Counted from the stretch's first letter, positions 8,982-18,018 are shown. The stretch: DNA of 64,000 nt from Vulcanimicrobiota bacterium (GCA_050250895.1 JBFWNU010000001.1:3616149-3680148), one strand, 5' to 3'. Notes: a model not told the origin generated them from the letters alone. Translations and numbers: made by a program.

Positions 8982-10330
8982 GTGCCAGACCGGGGGTAGG
9001 GTGGCAGGTCGAGAGCGTGGAGCCAGGGGGTGAAGAGGGTCGAGAGGTCCTGGCCGCTGACCTGACTGGCCGTTTGCTCGAAGTCGGCGGTGGCTGCGTT
9101 GCTGTTGCGGTGGGCGGCCAGGTGGGTCTTGAGGATGTCGAAGAAGGCGTGATCGCCAACCTCGAGCCGCAGGGCGTGCAGGCAGAGGGCGCCGCGCAGA
9201 TAGACCTGGGGCATGAGGATTCCCGCCGGGCCAGGGTCGGCGATGGGGGCGCCCAGGGGAGCCCGCTGGATGTGCTCGTAGGCCCCGCGCAGGGTGTCGT
9301 TGAACGCCTGCTGACCCTGGCTGTGCTCGAGCCATAGCCAGGAGGCGTAGGTAGCAAAGCCCTCGTTGAGCCAGATGTCCTTCCAGGCCTCGACGCTGAC
9401 CGAGTCACCAAACCACTGATGCGCCAGCTCGTGGGCCACCACCAGCTCGGGGTTTTCGCGGTGGGTCGAGGCGCTGCCATAGACGGGCAGCGTCTGGGTC
9501 TCGAGGGCCCCGCGGAAGGGCACGTTGACCACCGCGCTGCCGAAGCCGTCGAAGGGATAGTCGCCCAGGCGCTGGCTAAAGAAGTCGATCATCTCGGGCG
9601 AGCGCAGGTGGGGCGCTTTGACCTCGTCGGACAGTTCCGGAGCGAAGTAGTGGCGAATCGGCACGCTGCCTGCCTGATCCACCGGCTCGAACTCGCCGAT
9701 CAAGACGGTGCTGAGATAGCTGGCCATCGGGTCGCGGGCCTCCCAGTGATAAGTGGTGTGATCGCCCAGGTCGACGGTGCGGATCAGACTGCCATTGGCC
9801 ACGCCCATGAACGGCTTGGGCACCGTCAGGTGAAAACTGTAGGTCGCCTTGTCGGCTGGGTGGTCGTTGACCGGATACCAGGTCGAGGCGCCGTTGGGTT
9901 GGCTGACTACGAACGAGCCCTGGTCGTGGTGGATCCAGCCAGTGGGAGCGGGGAAAGAAGGACCCGGAACCGGCTTGGGACGCCCGCTGTAGTTCACCAC
10001 CACCTCGAAGGGCTGGCCCTCGGCCAGGGGATGGGCCGGGGTGATATGGAGTTCGTCTCCGTCGCGCTCGATGGTGGCCAGCTCGCGGTCGACCTTGACC
10101 TCGGCCACTCGCAAGCCCTTCAGGTCAAGGTTGAAGCTCTCGAGGTCTTGAGTGGCCCGGGCCTGCATAGTGGTCGAGCCAGTGATGTAGTTGTCGGCCG
10201 GGTCCACGCTGAGATCGATGGCATAGTGCTGGGCGTCGTAGCCGCCGTTGCCCTGGCCGGGAAAATACGGATCAGGCCCGGCCGGACTGCCGGACCGCGC
10301 AAGGCTGACCGGCCCGGCGTGGACTTTCAT
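8975..10330 (-). CDS. M1 family zinc aminopeptidase
   Basis: GALET (GAMEN variant), HELAHQWFGD...WLNEGFATY, DPYFPGQGNGGYD, NDHPADKA. Confidence 0.95.
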   Translation of the reverse strand: MKVHAGPVSLARSGSPAGPDPYFPGQGNGGYDAQHYAIDLSVDPADNYITGSTTMQARATQDLESFNLDLKGLRVAEVKVDRELATIERDGDELHITPAHPLAEGQPFEVVVNYSGRPKPVPGPSFPAPTGWIHHDQGSFVVSQPNGASTWYPVNDHPADKATYSFHLTVPKPFMGVANGSLIRTVDLGDHTTYHWEARDPMASYLSTVLIGEFEPVDQAGSVPIRHYFAPELSDEVKAPHLRSPEMIDFFSQRLGDYPFDGFGSAVVNVPFRGALETQTLPVYGSASTHRENPELVVAHELAHQWFGDSVSVEAWKDIWLNEGFATYASWLWLEHSQGQQAFNDTLRGAYEHIQRAPLGAPIADPGPAGILMPQVYLRGALCLHALRLEVGDHAFFDILKTHLAAHRNSNAATADFEQTASQVSGQDLSTLFTPWLHALDLPPYPRSGTH

Positions 10331-10405
10331 TCCAGCAGACTAACAGGCGCATTCGGACGGAATGTTGCTCGTTGGTGAACGGGTGGCTACCTGGCTCAAC
10401 CCGAG

Positions 10406-10792
10406 CTAGCGCCGGCCCATTGCAGCAGCCACTCGAGCACACCGACCTCGAAGCCGCGCTCGAGTTCGCGACCGCGGCGGTCGCGCCCGCCACACCAATC
10501 CGTGGGGAGCAACCCCGCTCACCCGTAGGATGCCGTTGTGAATGTTCTTGTGACAGCGCGAACAAACCACGATGAGATTCTCCGGCACGGTCGGTCCGCC
10601 CCGGCAGTAGAAGACCACATGATGCACATCGAGCCAGAGCCGATTCGGGCAACCCGGACACGAGCACCTATAGCCGTCGCGCCGTAGCACTGCCCGGCGT
10701 TGCGCCGGAGTGGCCTGACGCGTGCTGGGATTGAACCTCAACCGTCCGGCCAGTTGCAACTTCGACTCGCCCGGACACACGTGTGTCTGCAT
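10406..10792 (-). pseudogene. HNH endonuclease domain, probably a truncated remnant
   Basis: RRAVLRRDGYRCSCPGC...DVHHVV...GGPT..ENLIVVCSRCHKNIH; the long N-terminal part usual in this family is absent. Confidence 0.7.
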
Positions 10793-10984
10793 TGCCAGCG
10801 CCTCGATCGGAGCGGCCAGCTCCTGGGCGGCTTCAGAGGGGTTGAGCCGGCGTGTTTGTGGTCCAATGTCCCTGGCTGCACTCTGGGTGGGTTGGCGTAA
10901 AAAATTCTACCCACGTGGGCGCGGCGGCCTTGGGTCAGGCAATGAGATTCGGTTCTATGGAGCGAAGCGTGAGGAACTGGGGAC

Positions 10985-11608
10985 ATGACGACTTCACTGA
11001 CCATGTGCGAGGCTGATTTTCTCGGCTACCTGAAAGGCATAAAATTCCTGGTTGCCGTTGCAAAGTGCGTTCCGATTGATAGGTTTCCTGTTGATGAAAA
11101 GCTCAATAGCGCCCTAACTTCGCTAACGCCGGTCTTTGAGGTGGCTCTGGAGGAGTTGTCCTTTCTAGCCGGCATGGCCGAGGCCGCAACTGCATTTGTA
11201 CGACGTGACCTGCGCGTAGGCTTGCTCTCAGGGCAAGACGACTACTACGACCGCGACGCGGTCGACACCATTCTCACGCTTTACTCGGGAGAACGCCGCC
11301 TTCAAAATTTTCTATATAATGATTGGTCGCGCTTTCTGGATGAGACGAGACCTGTTCTGACCCGGCTGCTCGGTGAGTTGGCTGTCGCCTTGATGGCGCT
11401 TCGAATTGAGCAAGGGCTCGACCTTGAGAACCCGCTCCCGGGCGTGGTGAAGGCGATGCGTGAACCGTTAATTGAGATGGAGAGGTCCCTGCAACCACCC
11501 GTGACTGACGGACTGAGAGCTTGGCTCTCGATGACATCAAATAACTTTGAGGCCCCGCCCTCAAAGCGATTGCTGCAGTGGGTCCAGGAATTTGTCGGGG
11601 ACGGGTAG
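10985..11608 (+). CDS. Hypothetical protein (lower GC)
   Basis: 207 aa helical-looking ORF with GAGG upstream; no recognisable motif. Confidence 0.6.
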   Translation: MTTSLTMCEADFLGYLKGIKFLVAVAKCVPIDRFPVDEKLNSALTSLTPVFEVALEELSFLAGMAEAATAFVRRDLRVGLLSGQDDYYDRDAVDTILTLYSGERRLQNFLYNDWSRFLDETRPVLTRLLGELAVALMALRIEQGLDLENPLPGVVKAMREPLIEMERSLQPPVTDGLRAWLSMTSNNFEAPPSKRLLQWVQEFVGDG

Positions 11609-11677
11609 TTTCGAGGGCGCGGCAGTCGAGCCTGAGCCCACAAGTGGTGGCCGTGGTGGCGAGGCTCCGGTTGGTGG

Positions 11678-12433
11678 TCAGCGACAGAACGCCTGAGGCA
11701 CCAGACCTCCGGTTGCCAGGCGGCGCCCCACTACCGGTGTGTAGTTCTGTTGGGAGTAGATCCACACCAGCATCTGGTGGTCCCGCTGAGTTAGTTGGCC
11801 GGGATAGTCTTGCTCGGAGTGATACATGATATCGCCGGCGAAGTCGGAGTGGTCTAGCCCCAGGACATGGCCGAGTTCGTGGGTCATGATGCGAGAGAGT
11901 TGGGGCAGGTCGCGCCCGTCGGGACGGACCCTGATGTCGCTCGGAACCACCTGCTGAGCCGAACGGGACATCCGGGTTTCGGCGCGGCTGCCGGGGGAGA
12001 GCCCGCGGCCCGACCAGTCTACCGTCAGGTCGGCCGGCCCGTCAGACAGGGCAAAGAAGGTTCCCAGGCCGGCCTGGTTCCAGGCGGTGATGGCGTTGGC
12101 CACGGCCGGCGCGTAGCGCCGGTCGCCCGGGTTGATGGTCAAGGGCAGCACGGTGGGGTCGACCCGGATGGGGCGGCCGCCGCTGCTGATAAACGCATAG
12201 CCGGCGGGCCGGCCATCGGGCGAGGTTGTCTGGGGCGGGGCCGGTAGGGGAGGGGCGGGCTGACGGCGAGGGAACCCTCGCGGCGAGCGACTGCCGCCTC
12301 CGACCTGGATCACCACGCCGCCGACCCGAATGCCGCCGGCGCGGTGGAGAAGATCGTTGAGAATAGAGCCTTTGTCTGCCAGAGCGGGTTGAGCCACCAG
12401 CAGCGCTAAACATAGAGCCAAAACCAATCGCAT
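11678..12433 (-). CDS. Secreted matrixin (M10) family metalloprotease
   Basis: Signal peptide, AITAWN, HELGHVLGLDHS zinc motif, Met-turn DIMY. Confidence 0.9.
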   Translation of the reverse strand: MRLVLALCLALLVAQPALADKGSILNDLLHRAGGIRVGGVVIQVGGGSRSPRGFPRRQPAPPLPAPPQTTSPDGRPAGYAFISSGGRPIRVDPTVLPLTINPGDRRYAPAVANAITAWNQAGLGTFFALSDGPADLTVDWSGRGLSPGSRAETRMSRSAQQVVPSDIRVRPDGRDLPQLSRIMTHELGHVLGLDHSDFAGDIMYHSEQDYPGQLTQRDHQMLVWIYSQQNYTPVVGRRLATGGLVPQAFCR

Positions 12434-12509
12434 ACCCCCATTGTATAACGGGGGCGCGGCCCACGTGTGACAGTTACTGACGCCGGCTCAGTCAGGCTGA
12501 GCCGCCGGC

Positions 12510-12647
12510 CTAATTGGCCCAGATGGCGCCGCCGATCAGCACGGCCAGGTGAAACACGAGGATGGCGACGCACAACCAGATCCAGAGGCTGGCCGACTTG
12601 CCAACCGGAGCGTTTGATGGGGTCTTGAGTTCTTCTTTGTAGTTCAT
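12510..12647 (-). CDS. Small 45-aa single-pass membrane protein
   Basis: MNYKEELKTPSNAPVGKSASLWIWLCVAILVFHLAVLIGGAIWAN; GGAGG RBS 8 nt upstream; preceded by a regulon-type promoter. Confidence 0.7.
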   Translation of the reverse strand: MNYKEELKTPSNAPVGKSASLWIWLCVAILVFHLAVLIGGAIWAN

Positions 12648-12666
12648 AGGAAAAGCCTCCAACTCC

Positions 12667-12724
12667 AGGCTAGCGCGCAAGCGCGCCGCTCAACCACCGG
12701 AATCGGCATACCCGCCCCCTATCC
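12667..12724 (-). promoter_or_regulatory. Putative regulon promoter (GGAT-N11-ATGC box + TAGCCT -10)
   Basis: Box 12706-12724, -10 12667-12672, gap 33 bp. Confidence 0.65.
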
Positions 12725-13858
12725 GCCGGTTGGCTCATCCCCGGAGACCAAGCCTTGCAGCCGCTCGAGAGCCTGCCGCTCGAACGGCTCGAGGCGTGAC
12801 CCCATGGGCTTGAGCGGCCGCAGTTGCCGGCCGGCCGAGCGGACGGGCTGGTGTGAGGGCTCGGGCAGCAGGCGCTGGATCAGCCTGTTCAAGCGCAAAT
12901 TCAGGCCAGGGAACAGAGCGTGAAAGCGAGTTCCCAGCGTGGGTTCCCAGCCGTACAAGATTTCTGGCTTACCAGCCAGAGCAGCCTCTACGAAATCGTG
13001 GGCAGCTCGTCGGCTGTCGGCCGCCAGGGCCGGATGAACGGCGGCCCGAGAGAACCAGGCATACTCGCTCTCGGCGTCGCCGCCAAATCTGGCGTTGACG
13101 TGCGATCCGGTGCGCATCAGACCGGGAACGGCGGTAGTGACGGTAATGCCGCACCGGTCTAGCTCGAGCGTCAATCCCTCGGAGAGGGCGACCGCCGCAG
13201 CCTTAGCGCAGTTATAGGCCAGCAGATGGGGGGCCGGCATCTTGCCGCTCAGCGAGGTGATGTTCAGGATGCGCCCTCCCTGTGCCTTCAGGTCAGGTAG
13301 GGCTTCCAGGCAGGTATTGAGGATACCCCAGAAGTTGACGTTGAGGCACTCGTGAAAGTCTTTCTCGGTGAGTGCTTCCAGAGGGGCCACCTTGATGATT
13401 CCAGCATTGTTCACCAGAATGCGGACCGTCCCCAGTTCGGAACGGATGCGGGCCATCATGGCGTGGACTTGCTCGCGATGGGCCACATCACAGACATAGC
13501 CGCGAACGTCGTAGCCGCGCTCGCGCAACTGGTTTTCGGTGGTCTCGACGGTGTCGGGCGTGCGGGCGCAAAAGGCCACCCGCGCTCCCCGGGAGGCCAG
13601 TTCTTCGACCAGGCAAAGACCCAGTCCGCGGCTGCCGCCGGTGACCAGGGCCACCTGGTCGTTCAGGGCGTCGTGCTCGCGAAGCTGGGCCAACTTCTGA
13701 TAGACCGGGCAGTATCCCGATAGACCTCGAAAGACCAGCGCTGCGCCCAGCAACGTGCCGGTCCAGGAGCGGTCCCAGGAGCGGGCTGCCAGCAACGCTC
13801 CCAGGCCTGTCGAGAGCAGCCGCTCGCTGCTACTAGGGATGGAATGGTGGGTGCTCAT
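12719..13858 (-). CDS. SDR family oxidoreductase with N-terminal DUF2892/YgaP-like membrane domain
   Basis: TGGSRGLG, NNAG, YNCAK catalytic motif; N-terminal ERLLS...RGLSGYCPVY. Confidence 0.9.
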   Translation of the reverse strand: MSTHHSIPSSSERLLSTGLGALLAARSWDRSWTGTLLGAALVFRGLSGYCPVYQKLAQLREHDALNDQVALVTGGSRGLGLCLVEELASRGARVAFCARTPDTVETTENQLRERGYDVRGYVCDVAHREQVHAMMARIRSELGTVRILVNNAGIIKVAPLEALTEKDFHECLNVNFWGILNTCLEALPDLKAQGGRILNITSLSGKMPAPHLLAYNCAKAAAVALSEGLTLELDRCGITVTTAVPGLMRTGSHVNARFGGDAESEYAWFSRAAVHPALAADSRRAAHDFVEAALAGKPEILYGWEPTLGTRFHALFPGLNLRLNRLIQRLLPEPSHQPVRSAGRQLRPLKPMGSRLEPFERQALERLQGLVSGDEPTGG

Positions 13859-13864
13859 ACCTCC

Positions 13865-13921
13865 AGCCTGGCCCAGACCGACGGAACCAGCCAGGCACGC
13901 ACGGATACAGGTCGTCTATCC
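13865..13921 (-). promoter_or_regulatory. Putative regulon promoter (perfect GGAT-N11-ATCC + CAGGCT -10)
   Basis: Box 13903-13921 (CGGATA...TATCCG), -10 13865-13870, gap 32 bp, ATG 6 nt after the -10. Confidence 0.75.
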
Positions 13922-14665
13922 GGGGGTATCCCTGTCGAGAGCACTGCGGACGTAGTCGCGCAGCTGCCTGGCGTTCTCCACCGCATGCGCCTGATCGTCG
14001 TTGTTGAAGTAGGCATAGACATCCACGCCCTGCTCGAGCAGGTCGGCCAGACGACCAGCGTCGGCGGTCAGCTTCTGGTGGGTATAGCTGCCCTGATAAT
14101 GATTGCCGTGATATCGCAAGTAGGTCCAGTCGGTGGTCAGCCGCCAGGGGTGGCCCTCGAGCATGTCGTGAATGACCAGCGCGGCCTTGTGTTCTTGCAG
14201 CACGTCGAAGACATCCTCGCACAGCCAGCTCGGGTCGCGAATTTCTACTGCCCACCGTTTGGCCCGCGGCCCCGCCTGCGTGAGAAACTGGTCGAGTCTC
14301 TCATGGTCGGCCTTCCAATGGGGAGGCAGTTGCACCAGGATCGGACCCATGCGAGACCCCAGCACCTCCACCCGCTCGAGAAAATTCCCAACCGTTTGTT
14401 CGGGGTCGAGCAGGTGTTTCAGGTGGGAGCCATAGCGGCTGAATTTGAGGGCGAACACGTAGTCTGATTCGACTTGCTTGGCCCAATCCTGGACCGTTTC
14501 TCTTTTGGGTAAACCGTAGAAGGTACGGTTCACCTCGAGAGTATCGAAGTGACGGCTGTAATAGTTCAACCTGCGGGACCGGGTAAGATCGGCGGGATAA
14601 AAGCGGCCCTGCCAGTGGTCATAGTCAAACCCCGAGGTGCCCACGGCCAATCTGCCTTGGCTCAA
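13916..14665 (-). CDS. DUF72 domain protein (YecE/YunF family)
   Basis: VGTSGFDY..W.G.FYP, EVNRTFY, LVQLPP, AVEIRDPSW, YLRYHG, YFNND..AHAVENA; TTG 14665 overlaps the upstream stop. Confidence 0.93.
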   Translation of the reverse strand: MSQGRLAVGTSGFDYDHWQGRFYPADLTRSRRLNYYSRHFDTLEVNRTFYGLPKRETVQDWAKQVESDYVFALKFSRYGSHLKHLLDPEQTVGNFLERVEVLGSRMGPILVQLPPHWKADHERLDQFLTQAGPRAKRWAVEIRDPSWLCEDVFDVLQEHKAALVIHDMLEGHPWRLTTDWTYLRYHGNHYQGSYTHQKLTADAGRLADLLEQGVDVYAYFNNDDQAHAVENARQLRDYVRSALDRDTPG

Positions 14666-15018
14666 GCCGAAAGGCTCCGCCTGAGAGACTCGATTTCGTC
14701 CGAGTCGGGTTCTTGCTCGAAGAGATGAACCGGCTTGGCCTGCTGGCGAAACCACTCGACGTGTTCGCTTCCGTCGGCTCCCGGGGCAATGAGCAGGGCA
14801 TCACATCCTTTGGCCCCCCCTGGCTCGCCAGCGGTCAGGGCACGGACCGTCAGGCCCGCTGCCGTGAGCTTTTGTTCGAGGGCGGTGTGTCCGCCGACCA
14901 GGGCTACTACAGGATCCTTCCCGGGTGGTTCGGCCGACTCTGCGGGTACGGCTGCCCCTTCATCCTGGGGCTCGACGTAGTCGGTCACCCCCAGCCGGTT
15001 CTCCTCTGCTTTAGCCAT
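14662..15018 (-). CDS. Hypothetical protein
   Basis: 118 aa, GAGGAGG RBS, co-oriented within the operon. Confidence 0.65.
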   Translation of the reverse strand: MAKAEENRLGVTDYVEPQDEGAAVPAESAEPPGKDPVVALVGGHTALEQKLTAAGLTVRALTAGEPGGAKGCDALLIAPGADGSEHVEWFRQQAKPVHLFEQEPDSDEIESLRRSLSA

Positions 15019-15034
15019 CGAATTGCCTCCTCAC

Positions 15035-15511
15035 TCAAGCGGCGTAACGGTACCAAATCACGTTGAGAACGTCCACCCCTGCTGACAGGCACAGCGAGGT
15101 CGCCACAGCCCGGGTCAGGCGCGGGGCTAGCAAATATCCGGTGGCCGCGCCGGCTGCCACCCAGAAGCCACTGCAGTAGGGGCAGGTGGACAATTCTCCG
15201 ATGGCGCGCTGGACGCCGTCTCCACGTGGCTCTTCTTTGACTGCTCCCTTTCCGAGACCCTTGACGTAGCGAACGAAAGGCGCCCGCAAAGGGGCCAGCA
15301 CTTGATCGTGAGCCAGGGTGCGCGCAGCCTTATGACTGGCCACTCCCAGGCAGACCAGCTCCTTCACTGAGGGAAGTTCAGTAGGTAGTCGGCCCCGGCG
15401 GTGGGCGCACCAGAGCAAACCTCCAAAGAGCGCGGCAAAGGTGCCCGCCACCGTCGCCAGGCCGACCAGGGGCATCCCCTGGCCGCCGCCATATTCTTGC
15501 TCCAGGGTCAT
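15035..15511 (-). CDS. DUF1360 family membrane protein
   Basis: HKAARTLAHD.V.APLRAPFV, IGELSTCPYCSGFWVA. Confidence 0.85.
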   Translation of the reverse strand: MTLEQEYGGGQGMPLVGLATVAGTFAALFGGLLWCAHRRGRLPTELPSVKELVCLGVASHKAARTLAHDQVLAPLRAPFVRYVKGLGKGAVKEEPRGDGVQRAIGELSTCPYCSGFWVAAGAATGYLLAPRLTRAVATSLCLSAGVDVLNVIWYRYAA

Positions 15512-16473
15512 GCCACGGCGGCCCCGACCTCGGTCAGAATCTGCTTGTGGTAGAAGTCGATGAAGGAGGCCTGGTCGGGGCCCACCTGGTGGATGCTCAG
15601 GCCAGTATAGCCGGCTTTGCGATACTTATCGATCATTTCAAGATGAGCCGACGGGTCGGGCCCGCACACGATCTTCTCGAAGACATCGTCTCGGCTGACC
15701 ATCTTGCATGCTTGTTCGAAGTGAGCCGGGTTGGGAAGCAAAGCCTTGAGTTCGCCTTTGACGCCGGTCTGGGGCCAGTATTTGTAGGCGATCTCTTCGG
15801 CCCGGCTGCGAGACTCGTGATAGCAGACGACCATCTGGCCATAGCGAGGCTTGTCGCGACCGCCTCGCTCGTCAAAGTGCTCAAGCAAGCTCTTGGAGGG
15901 AGCCAGGCAGATGAGTCCATCGGCCTTGTTGGCCGCCAGACTGATCGCCTTTTTCCCGCCCCCGGCCACGTAGATGGGGGGGAGTTTCTCTGGCAAAGTG
16001 TAGATGCGCGCGTTCTCTACCGAGAAGTACTGGCCATAGTGCGACACCTCTTCACCGGTGAGCAGTTGTCGGAGGATGTCGATGGATTCCTCCAGCATCT
16101 CCAGCCGGATATCGGTTGCCGGCCAGCGTTTGGCTACGATATGTTCGTTGAGAGCCTCCCCGCTGCCCAGGCCGAGAAAGAAGCGACCCTCCAGCATGCT
16201 AGCCGAGGTCGCGGCCGCCTGGGCCACGATGGCCGGGTGATACCGAAAGGTCGGGCAAGTAACGGCCGTGCCGATTTCGATTCGCTGAGTGGCTTGCGAG
16301 AGGGCTCCCAGCACGTTCCAAACGAACGGGCTCTGCCCCTGGACGTCGAGCCAGGGATGGAAATGATCCGAGATAAAGCAGAATTCAAAGCCAGCCTTCT
16401 CGGCCCGAGCTGCGTTCTCGACCAGGGTTTTGGGGGGGTGCTCTTCACACATTAGACTGTATCCGATTTTCAT
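15508..16473 (-). CDS. LLM class F420-dependent oxidoreductase (G6PDH-like/TIGR03557-type)
   Basis: LMCEEHPP, ISDHFHPW..QGQSPFVW, TAVTCPT.RYHPAIVAQ, GSGEALNEH. Confidence 0.92.
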   Translation of the reverse strand: MKIGYSLMCEEHPPKTLVENAARAEKAGFEFCFISDHFHPWLDVQGQSPFVWNVLGALSQATQRIEIGTAVTCPTFRYHPAIVAQAAATSASMLEGRFFLGLGSGEALNEHIVAKRWPATDIRLEMLEESIDILRQLLTGEEVSHYGQYFSVENARIYTLPEKLPPIYVAGGGKKAISLAANKADGLICLAPSKSLLEHFDERGGRDKPRYGQMVVCYHESRSRAEEIAYKYWPQTGVKGELKALLPNPAHFEQACKMVSRDDVFEKIVCGPDPSAHLEMIDKYRKAGYTGLSIHQVGPDQASFIDFYHKQILTEVGAAVA

Positions 16474-16502
16474 AACGACGCCCTTCTTGAGATCTGACCC
16501 AT

Positions 16503-16559
16503 AGTATGGCAGGCCCCGACGGCCAAGGCCTCGTCCAGAGGGAGCCAGCCCGGGTATAC
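16503..16559 (-). promoter_or_regulatory. Putative regulon promoter (degenerate GTAT-N11-CTCC + CATACT -10)
   Basis: Box 16541-16559, -10 16503-16508, gap 32 bp. Confidence 0.5.
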
Positions 16560-16574
16560 CGGGTTTCCTCTACC

Positions 16575-16652
16575 CAGCGAGAGCGCCGCCCGTTCTAGTA
16601 ACAGAACGAGCGGCGCTGGGAACCAGAATGGATAGGGAACGGAGGAACCGAT
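16575..16652 (-). ncRNA. Candidate small RNA (or long structured 5' leader)
   Basis: Has its own regulon promoter at 16659-16715; 5' UUCCUCC segment followed by a 15-bp hairpin at 16582-16617 that pairs fully (G-U) only on the minus strand. Confidence 0.35.
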
Positions 16653-16658
16653 TGACCC

Positions 16659-16715
16659 ACGCTACCGGGGGGAACCTCGCGAGGTTACCCGCCCGGGGAT
16701 ACGATCGGCCCATCC
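16659..16715 (-). promoter_or_regulatory. Putative regulon promoter (perfect GGAT-N11-ATCC + TAGCGT -10)
   Basis: Box 16697-16715, -10 16659-16664, gap 32 bp. Confidence 0.65.
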
Positions 16716-16750
16716 TCTGGTTGGGGAACGCGATCGGGAGAGCAACCTGA

Positions 16751-16807
16751 GGATGCTCTGGTCGGATACCAGGGCGGCTGGGGCGACGCGACACCGAAAG
16801 TTAGGCT
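16751..16807 (+). promoter_or_regulatory. Putative regulon promoter (GGAT-N11-ATAC + TAGGCT -10)
   Basis: Box 16751-16769, -10 16802-16807, gap 32 bp, upstream of yciF. Confidence 0.7.
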
Positions 16808-16843
16808 CGGGAAAGTCCCTGACGGGGGCCAGAAAAAAGGAGA

Positions 16844-17341
16844 GTGTTACCAATGCAGATTAGCAACTTCAAAGACCTCTACATCCAGCAACTCAGAGAC
16901 CTTTACAACGCCGAGCAGCAACTCACCAAAGCCCTGCCAAAGATGGCCGAAGCGGCCCAGAACAGCGACCTGCGCCAGGCCTTTCAGAGCCATCTAAAAG
17001 AGACCGAGAATCAGCTCAAGCGGCTCGAGAAGATCTTTACCGATCTCAACGAGAAGCCGGGCAGCCACAAGTGCGAGGCCATGCAAGGTCTGGTCAAAGA
17101 AGGCGAAGAGATTATCAAGAACGCCCGTGAGGGCGGAGTCCGTGACGCCGGACTGATCGCCGCCGCCCAGCGTGTCGAACACTATGAAATGGCCGGCTAT
17201 GGCTCCGTCCGAGAGTTTGCCCGCATGCTCGGTCAAACCGAACACGCCCGATTGCTGCAAGAGACCCTCGACGAAGAGGGCCAGGCTGACAAGAAGCTCA
17301 ACTCCCTGGCCGAGAAAATCAACTCGGTCGCTGTGAGATAG
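16844..17341 (+). CDS. yciF: Ferritin-like DUF892 stress protein (YciE/YciF)
   Basis: LRDLYNAEQQLTKALPKMA, HLKET, CEAMQGLVKEG, DAGLIAAAQRVEHYEMAGYG, TLDEE..ADKKL; start may be ATG 16853. Confidence 0.95.
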   Translation: MLPMQISNFKDLYIQQLRDLYNAEQQLTKALPKMAEAAQNSDLRQAFQSHLKETENQLKRLEKIFTDLNEKPGSHKCEAMQGLVKEGEEIIKNAREGGVRDAGLIAAAQRVEHYEMAGYGSVREFARMLGQTEHARLLQETLDEEGQADKKLNSLAEKINSVAVR

Positions 17342-17365
17342 ATCGGCTGCAGTCCACCGATCTTT

Positions 17366-17389
17366 GGGCTCCCGCGGGAGCCCTTTTTT
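17366..17389 (+). terminator. Rho-independent terminator
   Basis: GGGCTCCC-GC-GGGAGCCC followed by T6. Confidence 0.85.
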
Positions 17390-17507
17390 CTTGGTTATCA
17401 GTCAGTGAGATGGACCTCTGGATGCCCCGTCCCCCGCCCGGCGAGGGGGGCGCCCCCCACGCCAGTGGGAGATGATCGGTTTGTAAATTCATAAAAGGAG
17501 GGTCACC

Positions 17508-18017
17508 ATGAACCTGAGAAACCTCATTGTAGCTGGCCTGCTGGGCCTGTCGACCTTCTTACTCGGTTGCGACCAGACCGCCGACAATTCAGCTTACACT
17601 GCACCGCCGGACAACACCGTCGTGGCCGAGCGCGACGACACCACCGAGGCGTCCGCCTATCACTATCCCGAAGCTGGGCAGACCGACATTAAAGACCGGA
17701 CCATCACCGAGCCGGCCAATTCGCTAGACGATGATCAACAGGCTCGGCTCGAGGATCGCGGCCCCCGTGACGCCCTTTCGGCGCAGACTTCGCTGACCGC
17801 CCAGCGCGACGAATTTCTAGATCGCCTGCAGGCACGTGCCGAAGCGATGGAGGACCGAACCGACTTGACCGAGGCAGAGCAGAAATGGCTCGACTCGGTC
17901 CACCAGCGCATCGACCTGGTGGCCAAACTGAGCGATCAACTGACCTCTGAACTCGATGAGTTCGACGAGGTCGTCAGTGAGCGCATCGAAGAGGACCGGG
18001 CCACGGCCAACCGCTAG
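17508..18017 (+). CDS. Hypothetical lipoprotein
   Basis: AAGGAGG RBS, lipobox LLGC, acidic helical body. Confidence 0.75.
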   Translation: MNLRNLIVAGLLGLSTFLLGCDQTADNSAYTAPPDNTVVAERDDTTEASAYHYPEAGQTDIKDRTITEPANSLDDDQQARLEDRGPRDALSAQTSLTAQRDEFLDRLQARAEAMEDRTDLTEAEQKWLDSVHQRIDLVAKLSDQLTSELDEFDEVVSERIEEDRATANR

Positions 18018-18018
18018 C

